A DNA stretch of 64,000 bases from a virus (Duplodnaviria; Caudoviricetes): IMG/VR virus record IMGVR_UViG_2974656638_000001, positions 1 through 64,000 of that record; one strand, given 5' to 3'. A model generated the notes under the pieces. The model was not told where the DNA came from and searched no databases. It saw only the letters and a program-made list of their open reading frames with translations. Positions 26,798 to 35,995 of this stretch are shown one piece after another. The translations under genes were made by a program, and so were the position numbers. Numbering within the stretch: position 1 is the first letter of the stretch; each line of letters starts with the position of its first letter.

Positions 26798-28330
26798 ATG
26801 AGTGATGTAGAATCAGGAGCACCACGAACACAGGCTAGTTTAGGTAGTGAGTGGGAACGAGTATACAAAGCAGGAGAAAAAGTAGACACAATCGTATTAG
26901 CCCAGATAATAAAAGTAAACTATAAATATAACACCGCAGAGGTTATGATACTAAAAAATAAAGAAGTGATGTCTAAGTCGTATATTTCTAAAGGTAAGTT
27001 CTCAGCTCCACTACCTCAAGATTTTGCTGGAAGAACTCTAGAAGGACTTCCATATGGACAAATTAAACCAATTCAAGAAGGAGCTATTGTTCTTATAGGG
27101 TTCCTAAATAGCAAGAAGGACAACCCAATTATTTTAGCAGTCTACGGGGACTCAGATGTAAATAATAAGCTAGCTAGAACTCCTTATGAAAGTGCAGACC
27201 CATTAGACCCTAAGCTAGCTAGAATAAATAACCAGTTTTTTAACTTGTACCCTTCCTTGACGTATGATAATATAGACGGGGACGGAAATAGAATATCCAC
27301 TTACCCCGGCAAGACATTTTCTATTATGACAAGTTTAATAAACGAGTCTTCCAACATTTCAGACAGCAATAATGGGACTGAATATGCAGACTTACCCGAA
27401 TCATACTACACAGACTACAAACTGATAGAGCCGAGAAGCCCTTTAGCACCATCAATGCTATTTAAACACCAAGGAATAAGAACACTAGACGGGAAGGAAG
27501 ACAATCATTTAGTAACTGCCTTTATAAATACAGATGGAACAACAAGGCTGTCTTTCCTAAATAAGGTTATGAACTGGCGTTCCTATTATGAGGCTGATAC
27601 TGAGGGAGGTCAAAAGTTCAGACTTCAAAGAGACAGTAAGGTACCAAACCAAGGAAGCATATTTTCAGAGTTTGGGTTAACAAAAAACGGAGACTTCTTT
27701 ATTGTAAATGGAAACCATAAGTTTGAAGTAAGAGAGAACGGTATTTTTATTAATGACTCTGCTTTAGCAGACGACTTAGGGGAAGTTTTAGAAGAAATTC
27801 AAAATAGAATACTAGGGATAAACGAGGAGATTGCTAATATCATCCGTATGTTGGATGAGATTGATGTTGAGAACCTAGGAAAGTTATTTGACCGTATGAC
27901 AAAAGTAGAAACAGACATTATTAGCTTAAGGAATGATTATAAAGGAATAGACAGTAGAGTGAACGATATGTCAGAAGACCTTAACAGTCTGATTAAATCC
28001 TTTGATAACTTTAAACAGACAATGTCTGCCTACACCGAGGCTAATACTATAAGGGTTACTGCTATTGAGACCGCTACTGCAAATAATACAGTATCTATAG
28101 GAAACATTAATAATAGTATTACTGCGATTGAGCAGAAGAACACAGCCCAAGATACGAAAATAAGTAGCCTAGAGAGTAAAGTTACGTCACTAGAGACAAG
28201 TAATGCTAGCTTAGTAACAAAAGTAGGGGAGTTAGAATCTGATGTTACTTTCCTAAAAGCAGAAAATATAGATTTAACTAATGCACTAGCCCAATTAGCA
28301 GAAAGAGTTACTGCTTTAGAAAATAGCTGA
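26798..28330 (+). CDS. Baseplate central spike-like protein with a C-terminal coiled coil
   Basis: N-terminal OB-like region, beta-rich middle, heptad C-terminus; synteny. Confidence 0.72.
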   Translation: MSDVESGAPRTQASLGSEWERVYKAGEKVDTIVLAQIIKVNYKYNTAEVMILKNKEVMSKSYISKGKFSAPLPQDFAGRTLEGLPYGQIKPIQEGAIVLIGFLNSKKDNPIILAVYGDSDVNNKLARTPYESADPLDPKLARINNQFFNLYPSLTYDNIDGDGNRISTYPGKTFSIMTSLINESSNISDSNNGTEYADLPESYYTDYKLIEPRSPLAPSMLFKHQGIRTLDGKEDNHLVTAFINTDGTTRLSFLNKVMNWRSYYEADTEGGQKFRLQRDSKVPNQGSIFSEFGLTKNGDFFIVNGNHKFEVRENGIFINDSALADDLGEVLEEIQNRILGINEEIANIIRMLDEIDVENLGKLFDRMTKVETDIISLRNDYKGIDSRVNDMSEDLNSLIKSFDNFKQTMSAYTEANTIRVTAIETATANNTVSIGNINNSITAIEQKNTAQDTKISSLESKVTSLETSNASLVTKVGELESDVTFLKAENIDLTNALAQLAERVTALENS

Positions 28331-28367
28331 TAGTAGTACTATATTATAAAGGAGACGAGGTGGAAAA

Positions 28368-29081
28368 ATGCCACAAGCAGACGGAAAAGGTGGAGTATTA
28401 AGACGAGTTGCTTTCCAAATAGGAGAGAATAAATGGTATCGTTTTGCGATAAACCCCGGTAGTTACTCTTTTACAGGAGGACAAAGGGTTGCTGTGTTTA
28501 AAACGAAGTCCTTAAACGTAGTAGAAGACTTTGGTAGAGATATTCCTACTATAACTTTCTCGGGAACGACAGGTCTTAGAAAAGACTCTAACGGTAAAAC
28601 AGGAGCAGATAGGTTAAAAGAGCTTAAAAAATATATTGAAGATTATGCAGACTCATCAGGAAACGGAAATAGACCTAATACAGACCTTACTTTTCATAAT
28701 TTTACAGACGATGAAAGCTATATTGTACATTTATCACCTGAGGCATTTAAGATAGAAAGAAGCGCAGAAAAACCTCTGTTATATGACTACACAATAACTT
28801 TAGTAGTTTTAAGGGATGCTTCTCAACCAGACCAAGGAGACATTGTAGACCCAGACTTAGGTAATAAACAACCTAGTGTAGGGGACAAGACAAAGGATAA
28901 TGACGATGTTTATGGGGATGTAGGAGGCGCAGACAAGACACCAGAAGCTAATATTACTGGAAGAGTCCCTCTAGAAGTAGGAGGTAACGGGGGAGGGGCA
29001 GTAAACCCCCGAACAACAGGTAAAGCATACTCCTACGGTGTAGATGAATTAAAAAAACAAATTGGTTATGGGGAGGGTTAA
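28368..29081 (+). CDS. Baseplate/tube-initiator protein
   Basis: MPQADG...FAINP motif; synteny. Confidence 0.65.
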   Translation: MPQADGKGGVLRRVAFQIGENKWYRFAINPGSYSFTGGQRVAVFKTKSLNVVEDFGRDIPTITFSGTTGLRKDSNGKTGADRLKELKKYIEDYADSSGNGNRPNTDLTFHNFTDDESYIVHLSPEAFKIERSAEKPLLYDYTITLVVLRDASQPDQGDIVDPDLGNKQPSVGDKTKDNDDVYGDVGGADKTPEANITGRVPLEVGGNGGGAVNPRTTGKAYSYGVDELKKQIGYGEG

Positions 29082-29085
29082 CAAT

Positions 29086-29619
29086 ATGGAGGTATATCAG
29101 TCATCAGATTTAATGAGGTTTATTACAGGGTTAAAAGTTAACCCAGATAACACTATTGTAGTAAACATCTTAGACCAGCAATCACCATTTATTTCTAGGT
29201 TTTACACTCCTAAGCTTATTCTAAGTTCTTTATCAGTAAAGCTTATTCCTGAATTGCAAGGAGTAAACATTATACAAACAAACAAAGCATTAAGTAAAAA
29301 TACAGTTACAGCTAAAATATCAGCAAGTAGGTTAAAAATAGAGGCTCCTTACATGTATCTAATCGCACAGTCTATAGTCATGGAATGCTTTGCTCTAATC
29401 TACAGTATAGAAGAAAAGCAAGATATGCTAAGGTACATTGAAGTAGGAGAAGTTAAACAAGTTAGAGATAACATAAATTATTTAGCTGACTACTTAGCTG
29501 ACAAACCAGAATACAGCAGTATTGTTACGGACTTACATGATATGGAAATTGCTGTAGGGTATATTGAGAACCAAATACCAATTATACAGAGGGAGATAAG
29601 ATTAAATGGCTCGTTATAA
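29086..29619 (+). CDS. Baseplate protein
   Basis: GGAGGG supports ATG 29086; synteny. Confidence 0.65.
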   Translation: MEVYQSSDLMRFITGLKVNPDNTIVVNILDQQSPFISRFYTPKLILSSLSVKLIPELQGVNIIQTNKALSKNTVTAKISASRLKIEAPYMYLIAQSIVMECFALIYSIEEKQDMLRYIEVGEVKQVRDNINYLADYLADKPEYSSIVTDLHDMEIAVGYIENQIPIIQREIRLNGSL

Positions 29620-30316
29620 AAAACACGTAGTACAATATGGCGATACTATGCAGTCTATCTCTCAGCTAGAGACTGGTAGTGTTGGAAACTGGGTAGATAT
29701 AGTAGAATATAATAAGTTAAAGTATCCTTATATTGTACAAACAAATGAGGAAAGAAAAGAAAATCTTGAGAGTACAGTTACTATTGGGGATGTTATTATC
29801 ATACCTGTAGCATCAGACCTAACAGAAATAGACCCTTATGCTCTAACAAACCAAGATAAGAACTTAATAATGAGTTTAGCTCTAGGTAGGGATTTAAGTA
29901 TGACCTCCAATCAAGATTACTATAATAAAAGAGGAACTAGTGACGAGATACTAGAAGTTGTAGCTAACGGCAAGGGAGACTTAGCGACTGTTGACGGAGT
30001 AGAAAACCTAAAGCAGGCACTAATAGCTAGACTATTAACTCCTAAAGGAGCCTTGATGCTACATCCAGAATATGGCTCTAACTTACACAAGATGTTTAAA
30101 AAAGCTACACATGAACAAGCATCACTAATAGATATTGAAATAACAAGAACATTGTTACTAGACGGTAGAGTAGAAACAGTAGAAAGTCTCGGATACAAAG
30201 TAGAAGAGGACGTATATGTAGGAAAATTCCTAGTTACTATAGAGTCTTTACAGACAGCGTTTGAGTTCGTTGTTCAAGGTGATACTACAGGTTCTATTAT
30301 TTTGCTAGATAATTGA
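29606..30316 (+). CDS. Baseplate wedge protein (LysM plus gp25-like)
   Basis: HVVQYGDTMQSIS (LysM); NLKQALIARLLTPKG...HPEYGS (gp25-like). Confidence 0.85.
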   Translation: MARYKKHVVQYGDTMQSISQLETGSVGNWVDIVEYNKLKYPYIVQTNEERKENLESTVTIGDVIIIPVASDLTEIDPYALTNQDKNLIMSLALGRDLSMTSNQDYYNKRGTSDEILEVVANGKGDLATVDGVENLKQALIARLLTPKGALMLHPEYGSNLHKMFKKATHEQASLIDIEITRTLLLDGRVETVESLGYKVEEDVYVGKFLVTIESLQTAFEFVVQGDTTGSIILLDN

Positions 30317-30329
30317 GGAGGAAAACAGG

Positions 30330-31376
30330 TTGAGATTAAAAAGAATTTCAGAAATTTTATCTCGTTTAATAGATAAGATTATGATTAACACATCAGAGCT
30401 AAATGATTTTTCTGTAGGGTCTACTATCTTGTCTATACTAGAGGCAGTTTCTATGGAGTTGGAGCAGTACTACATCCTATCTAGAGAGAACATTGTGTGG
30501 GGTATTCAGCAAGGGGTATTTCAGGCTTTCGACTTTTTTAAGAGAGAGCCAAAAAGAGCTTATGGAGATGTCCTAATTGAGTTTCATAGCGCAGTTCAAA
30601 GTGATGTATATATTCCAAAAGGAACCACTTTTAGTTCAACAATTAACGGATACGACCAGCAATTCGAGACAGTCATAGACTACTACGTTCCTAAAGATTC
30701 CATATTAGCTCGTGTAGAAGTGTATTGTAAAGTAGCGGGGGAAATAGGTAATGTCCCAGCAGGAACTATTAATTTGATTATGAATAGTGTAAGTAACGTT
30801 AAGAGTGTCATAAATGAGAGTAACTTCCAAACAGGAACTGATGAAGAGTCCTTAGAATCAGTAAAAAATAGGTTTCATGCTTTCGTAGAGAGCAGAGGGA
30901 GAGCTACAGTCCCTGCTATAAACTATGGTACCCGTTTAGTAGAGGAAGTATCAGGCGTATATGTAAAGGAATATGTAGGGTATGTAATTGTCTATGCACA
31001 CGATAGAAACGGAAACCTTTCAGCTAACATCCAAGATAACATTAAAATAGCATTAGAAGACTATAGACCAGCAGGTATAAAATTAGATGTAAAACCCGTA
31101 AACAAAAGGTTGCTACCTGTCGAGGTTACTGTAACTATTACTAACAAAAACAGAATAGGGGATACACTACAGGCACACATTCAAGGAGTGATAACAGACT
31201 ACTTAAATAGTATGCAAGTATCTAACAACTTAATTTTATCAGAGCTTATTCAAATAATTATGAGTATAGACGACTCCCTTATTTATGACTGTAAGATTGA
31301 AAACTTTACAGAAAATGTTATAATAAATAGTGAGGATATTATTAGAGCAGGAGAAGTAAAGGTTAACTTAAAATAA
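30330..31376 (+). CDS. Baseplate J-like wedge protein
   Basis: IPKGT, GEIGNVPAGTI, GTDEES, RPAGI motifs. Confidence 0.9.
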   Translation: MRLKRISEILSRLIDKIMINTSELNDFSVGSTILSILEAVSMELEQYYILSRENIVWGIQQGVFQAFDFFKREPKRAYGDVLIEFHSAVQSDVYIPKGTTFSSTINGYDQQFETVIDYYVPKDSILARVEVYCKVAGEIGNVPAGTINLIMNSVSNVKSVINESNFQTGTDEESLESVKNRFHAFVESRGRATVPAINYGTRLVEEVSGVYVKEYVGYVIVYAHDRNGNLSANIQDNIKIALEDYRPAGIKLDVKPVNKRLLPVEVTVTITNKNRIGDTLQAHIQGVITDYLNSMQVSNNLILSELIQIIMSIDDSLIYDCKIENFTENVIINSEDIIRAGEVKVNLK

Positions 31377-31411
31377 CATAGTTAACAAATGAGAGGAGCT
31401 GACAACTACCC

Positions 31412-34400
31412 TTGCCAAACTTTTTAAAAAATATACACCCTTTATTAAAAAGAAAAAAAGATGACAACCAAGTAAGTAGCGTAAACTACGCTGTTTTACA
31501 AGCGCTCGAAACAGAGCTGAGTGAAGTAGAACAGGAAACCTTAGAGAGTAAAGTACAGTCATCCCTTGGAACAGCTACAGGAGACTACCTAGATATTTGG
31601 GGAGACTGGTTTAATGTATACCGTAGAGAAGATGAAGGAGACGAACGTTACAGAGATAGGATTATTCGGCATTTGTTATTAAAGAGAGGTACAATACCAG
31701 CTATAATCGAGGCAATTCGTGATTTTCTAGAAGACTATAGCGCAGATATTACTATCTATGAGCCGTTTAAAAATATCTTTTACACAAATAAATCAGACTT
31801 AAACGGTGAAGACTACTTGATGGGGTACTACTATCGTTTTGCTATCATTGATGTTACAATTGGTAGACGGTTTCCTTTAGAAGTAATTGACATTATAAAC
31901 GCATTTAAGCCAGCAGGTGTAAAATTCTATCTGACTTATGACGGTAGTGGAGAAATTGATGAAGAAAACAGTATAGTTGAACTACCACCTTATAGTATAG
32001 AAATTGAAACATATCAAGAGGTAGATATTCTAAACGGGTTAAATACAACACTTCACGGGCACTTCACTTTAGGAGAGTCTAATATTGTAGAGGGTGTTAT
32101 CCTTGAGTTGTTTCGAACAAATAGAAGTCCACTAAACTCTAATGATGTACTATCTGGCTCTTTTAATGCAGGTAGACGAGTATACAATCTAGCAACAATT
32201 GGAGACAACTCCTATAAACCTACGATGAGTTCTCTTATTGGGGAAATAAAAAATTCGTTCGAGGAATTACCCGAAGACTTCTACGTAGAAACTAACCGCT
32301 TAGATGATAGGTTTGCTAGCATAGACATGGCAAATAATACACAAGATACTGCATTCTATTTCAACATGGATTTAGGAACTTATATCAATACTAACTACGC
32401 AGGATATTTAGCTGAGTTAGCAGGAAGCCAGATTATAAATAGAGCACACTATGTATCCTTAGCTAAAGAGCCAAAGTTAACCGTGGCGTTTAAAGCTAAA
32501 ATATCCCCAGCAAACCCAGTAAATTACAATATAGAAGGTTATGACTTAGTTTCTAAAAAATGGGTTGTTCTTGAGACAGGAGCTATAGCGGTTGAAAAGA
32601 AAATATCACAGATACCTTTAGGTTCATTAGAAGACTATCTTAATAGTAACTATATATGTTTTTTCCGAATTGTAGTGAAACCTAAACGGGAAACCTACTC
32701 CTTTGAATTAGACTATTTCGAATTAGGATTTTTAAACAACTTTAAAGAAGGGGAGTATACAATTAAGCCTTTTACAGGTATTGTAGAAACTTATGCAGAG
32801 TTGTTCGGTAGAGTTATAGAAGTTCCTATGTATCGGATAATAAATTCAGGAACAGAAAATATTATTTCTAAACAAGGTCATATACCTGTTAGATATATTA
32901 GAGATACTTTAGAGGGTGGTAGTACTACAAACACTGCTAACCTATGGATAGAAATTCAGGCTAAAAATAAAGACAATATCAATGTTGCGCTTAATAAGCC
33001 TGTATATAGACCACAAGCTGAACCTACAAATGGTAATATTCTTCTATATCCACAGTTCCTTAATATTGGAGCTACTTACATGAATGGTAAGTGGAGAGGA
33101 AAACTAACTAGTGAGGTAAACATGGCATATACTGTAGACGGTGTAAGAACTTACGGAGGAAACATGAACGCAGATGGAACCTATACAGTCTATATCGGGA
33201 ACAAAGTAACCTCTACTAGCCAAAAAGTAGTTGTGGAGGTATATGCAGACACTGCAAGAACGAAGTTAATAGACAAAGCTAATGTTCCTATTACAAATGC
33301 AGGGGACGGAAGCCCTATAGAGGCTATCACAGACGGAGTAATTAGTGGCTCTAATATATTCTATATTGCACCAACAAGCGCCAAATACTCAGTAACTGTA
33401 GACTTAGAAGCTACCTTTGTAGACTTATCAGAGGTAAGGATATGGCACTACCCAACACGAACGTTTAAGTCTGTTTTGACAGAAGTATCAGCAGATGGTG
33501 TAAACTGGACTACTATATATAACTCCGCTGTTGATGGGACTTATCTAGAAACTAGTGAAGGAAAAGCGTTTCCTGTACCAGAGATGGACTTATATGGATT
33601 GAAAGCTACTCCTCTAACAAGTGTACTAGCAGGTTCTGAAAGACAAATTATTACATTCCTAGACTACAAAATAGAGGACTTTGAGAACCCAGCTAATACT
33701 ATTGAAAACCTAAACAATGATTACTTTAACGCAGTGTGGCAAGAGATTGACCGACTTGAAGAGTTTGTTCTAGGCAAGTTCACTATTTTAGCTGATGTTG
33801 GCTCTGACGGAGTACTAGTAAATGACTGGGGTCTTATTGAGGCTAAAATACCTACAGGTGCTACAGCATACCAAGAAGCGGACAGTAGAAGTGAATTGTC
33901 TTCCGTGTACACTGTGGAGCTCACAGCGGGCTCTCACGAGGTTATTATGGATGTTGCTAATAAAGTTGTTACTACAGAGGCAGTAACCCTAAAAACGGAT
34001 TACAGGGTGTCTAACGAGCTTACCTTGGAAGGGCTACCTACAAAAATACCTGTGAGATACATTCGAGACTCCTTGTGGGGAGGAAACAGTATAAATACAG
34101 CAAACCACTGGGTAGAGCTACAGGCTAGAGACTTGAAAGGGGACAATGTTGCCCTTAATAAAAAAGTGGTAGAGAACAACGGAGTTAGCTTACTATCTCC
34201 TGAAAATCTAATGTTAGACTCGAAGACAGAGATTACTAGTACAACAAACAATGGTTATACTTTTGCTTCTGATATAGCTTATATATTTGATAATTATGGA
34301 GTAGATAAAGAGTATACTATTAGTTTTGACATCAAGTCCACTACGGTAGGCACAGTTACTGTTTATAGTAGGTACAAAGATGAAGCTAAATATTCTATAG

Positions 34401-35341
34401 GAAACAAAACTGTTCCTGTAACGACTGCTTACACAAGACAGCAAGTTGTAGTAACACCTACTAGAAACACAGCAGAACAAGCTAAATATGCAGTCAGCTC
34501 TATTCTAGGTTTTCTTAATAGTACAGGAGCAATATCTACAGTTAAGGATATAAAAATATCAGTAGGAAACATCTCGAATATGATTTGGACACCTGCACCT
34601 AAAGACTACAGTATTCTTACTGATGGAGTAACAACAAGTGCTAACGGATTCTTGAGTGGAGTTAACTCCTTAACTATTGACTTAGGTAGCCCTAGATATG
34701 ATATTGACAACATCACTATGTGGCACTATTGGCAAGGGGCTGAACCTAGGTACTACAAATATGTAAAACTAGAAGTATCAGCAGATGGTGTGAACTGGAC
34801 TACACTGTTTGATAGTGATGTAAGTGGAACTTATTACGAGACTAGTGGAGGTAAGCAGGTTAGCGTACCTGCTATAAAAGAATACCTTAAGAGTACTAAT
34901 GCTATATTTGCACCTAGCGTAGCAGGAACAGGTACTTTTGAGAGAGTAACCGAAGCAAACGGAGTAAGTTCTATAAAAGTGACACCTGATACTGATAAGA
35001 CAGCTAGAATGTACAAGTTTTTCGGAACTTCTACAGACCCTAACGCTAATTCGAGAGACCTTCTAGAATCAGGGCTAACTACAACGAAGAAATACACAGT
35101 AGCAGTATCCCTAAAACCTCAAAATAATAGTTCGGTTATCTTAGCGGTAAAAGATGGAAGTAACACTAACATAGAGTCGGGCTCCTTAAATATTGCAAAA
35201 GATGTGTGGACAAGAGTTTCTTACAATGTAACGTTACCTGCAACAGCTATTGATAGGCTAGCTTTATGTTTGTACAATGCTAACACAGGAGAATATATTA
35301 ATTATAAAGATTGGAGCATTAAAGAAACGATGTTTCCATAA
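31412..35341 (+). CDS. Large baseplate wedge (gpI/gp7-like N-terminus) with duplicated discoidin/CBM domains
   Basis: ATGDYLDIWG...YRDRI; two IPVRYIRD...EVSADGVNWTT repeats. Confidence 0.8.
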   Translation: MPNFLKNIHPLLKRKKDDNQVSSVNYAVLQALETELSEVEQETLESKVQSSLGTATGDYLDIWGDWFNVYRREDEGDERYRDRIIRHLLLKRGTIPAIIEAIRDFLEDYSADITIYEPFKNIFYTNKSDLNGEDYLMGYYYRFAIIDVTIGRRFPLEVIDIINAFKPAGVKFYLTYDGSGEIDEENSIVELPPYSIEIETYQEVDILNGLNTTLHGHFTLGESNIVEGVILELFRTNRSPLNSNDVLSGSFNAGRRVYNLATIGDNSYKPTMSSLIGEIKNSFEELPEDFYVETNRLDDRFASIDMANNTQDTAFYFNMDLGTYINTNYAGYLAELAGSQIINRAHYVSLAKEPKLTVAFKAKISPANPVNYNIEGYDLVSKKWVVLETGAIAVEKKISQIPLGSLEDYLNSNYICFFRIVVKPKRETYSFELDYFELGFLNNFKEGEYTIKPFTGIVETYAELFGRVIEVPMYRIINSGTENIISKQGHIPVRYIRDTLEGGSTTNTANLWIEIQAKNKDNINVALNKPVYRPQAEPTNGNILLYPQFLNIGATYMNGKWRGKLTSEVNMAYTVDGVRTYGGNMNADGTYTVYIGNKVTSTSQKVVVEVYADTARTKLIDKANVPITNAGDGSPIEAITDGVISGSNIFYIAPTSAKYSVTVDLEATFVDLSEVRIWHYPTRTFKSVLTEVSADGVNWTTIYNSAVDGTYLETSEGKAFPVPEMDLYGLKATPLTSVLAGSERQIITFLDYKIEDFENPANTIENLNNDYFNAVWQEIDRLEEFVLGKFTILADVGSDGVLVNDWGLIEAKIPTGATAYQEADSRSELSSVYTVELTAGSHEVIMDVANKVVTTEAVTLKTDYRVSNELTLEGLPTKIPVRYIRDSLWGGNSINTANHWVELQARDLKGDNVALNKKVVENNGVSLLSPENLMLDSKTEITSTTNNGYTFASDIAYIFDNYGVDKEYTISFDIKSTTVGTVTVYSRYKDEAKYSIGNKTVPVTTAYTRQQVVVTPTRNTAEQAKYAVSSILGFLNSTGAISTVKDIKISVGNISNMIWTPAPKDYSILTDGVTTSANGFLSGVNSLTIDLGSPRYDIDNITMWHYWQGAEPRYYKYVKLEVSADGVNWTTLFDSDVSGTYYETSGGKQVSVPAIKEYLKSTNAIFAPSVAGTGTFERVTEANGVSSIKVTPDTDKTARMYKFFGTSTDPNANSRDLLESGLTTTKKYTVAVSLKPQNNSSVILAVKDGSNTNIESGSLNIAKDVWTRVSYNVTLPATAIDRLALCLYNANTGEYINYKDWSIKETMFP
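33481..34803 (+). repeat. 33-bp direct repeat pair (33481-33513 and 34771-34803; 32/33 identical)
   Basis: AGAAGTATCAGCAGATGGTGT(A/G)AACTGGACTAC, 1290 bp apart, in frame. Confidence 0.9.
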
Positions 35342-35402
35342 AGTAAAAATTATGGTATAATAGAGATAGGGCACAAAGTAGTGCCTTATCTTTGCTATAT
35401 TA
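35333..35402 (+). promoter_or_regulatory. Dual promoter module: TTTCCA-17-(TG)TATAAT, hairpin 35364-35391, late TGCTATATTA 35393-35402
   Basis: Same spacing as the module at 19353-19422. Confidence 0.6.
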
Positions 35403-35457
35403 GTAATGAGAGTACGAATACAATACCGATTTTAAAATAAGGAAATGAGGTAAATAA

Positions 35458-35979
35458 ATGGCAATAGCAACATATAATGCGCATGTATATGCAGCACTAA
35501 ACCTAAAAAGTAAGGTCGATACAACATTTATGGCAATTGGTAAAACAACAGCGTGGACTGATGAGACTAACCCTCCAGAACCAGACCCAAATGCTACAGG
35601 GTTAACAGAAGTTATCGGTTACAAGAAGCTAAAAACTATGTCTCTATGTAGACCACAAAGAACAGGTGAAACACCAACACTACCTACAGTTTCTTACGGA
35701 AATAAAACATGGGTTCTTGTACCTGATGCACAAGCTTATACAGAAGGAGCTAAATGGCTTTATTGTGAGGCAGAGTTCGTAGGGGATGAACTACCAGTAG
35801 GAACATACAGACAAGTAGGTGTATTTACAGACTTAGCGCCAAAATCTGGTGTAACAAAACCGAATTTATTACCAAGTGAAGTAGCTAATGTAGGTGTACT
35901 ACAGTTTTTTGAGAACAAGCAGTTCCAAAACAGAACACCACAAGTTACAGCTAGAGAAAGATTCGTAGCGGAATTATAA
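35458..35979 (+). CDS. Baseplate protein (gp8-like)
   Basis: MAIAT...AIGKTTAWTDETNPP...YRQVG motif. Confidence 0.78.
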   Translation: MAIATYNAHVYAALNLKSKVDTTFMAIGKTTAWTDETNPPEPDPNATGLTEVIGYKKLKTMSLCRPQRTGETPTLPTVSYGNKTWVLVPDAQAYTEGAKWLYCEAEFVGDELPVGTYRQVGVFTDLAPKSGVTKPNLLPSEVANVGVLQFFENKQFQNRTPQVTARERFVAEL

Positions 35980-35995
35980 GAAAGGGTGAATAAGT

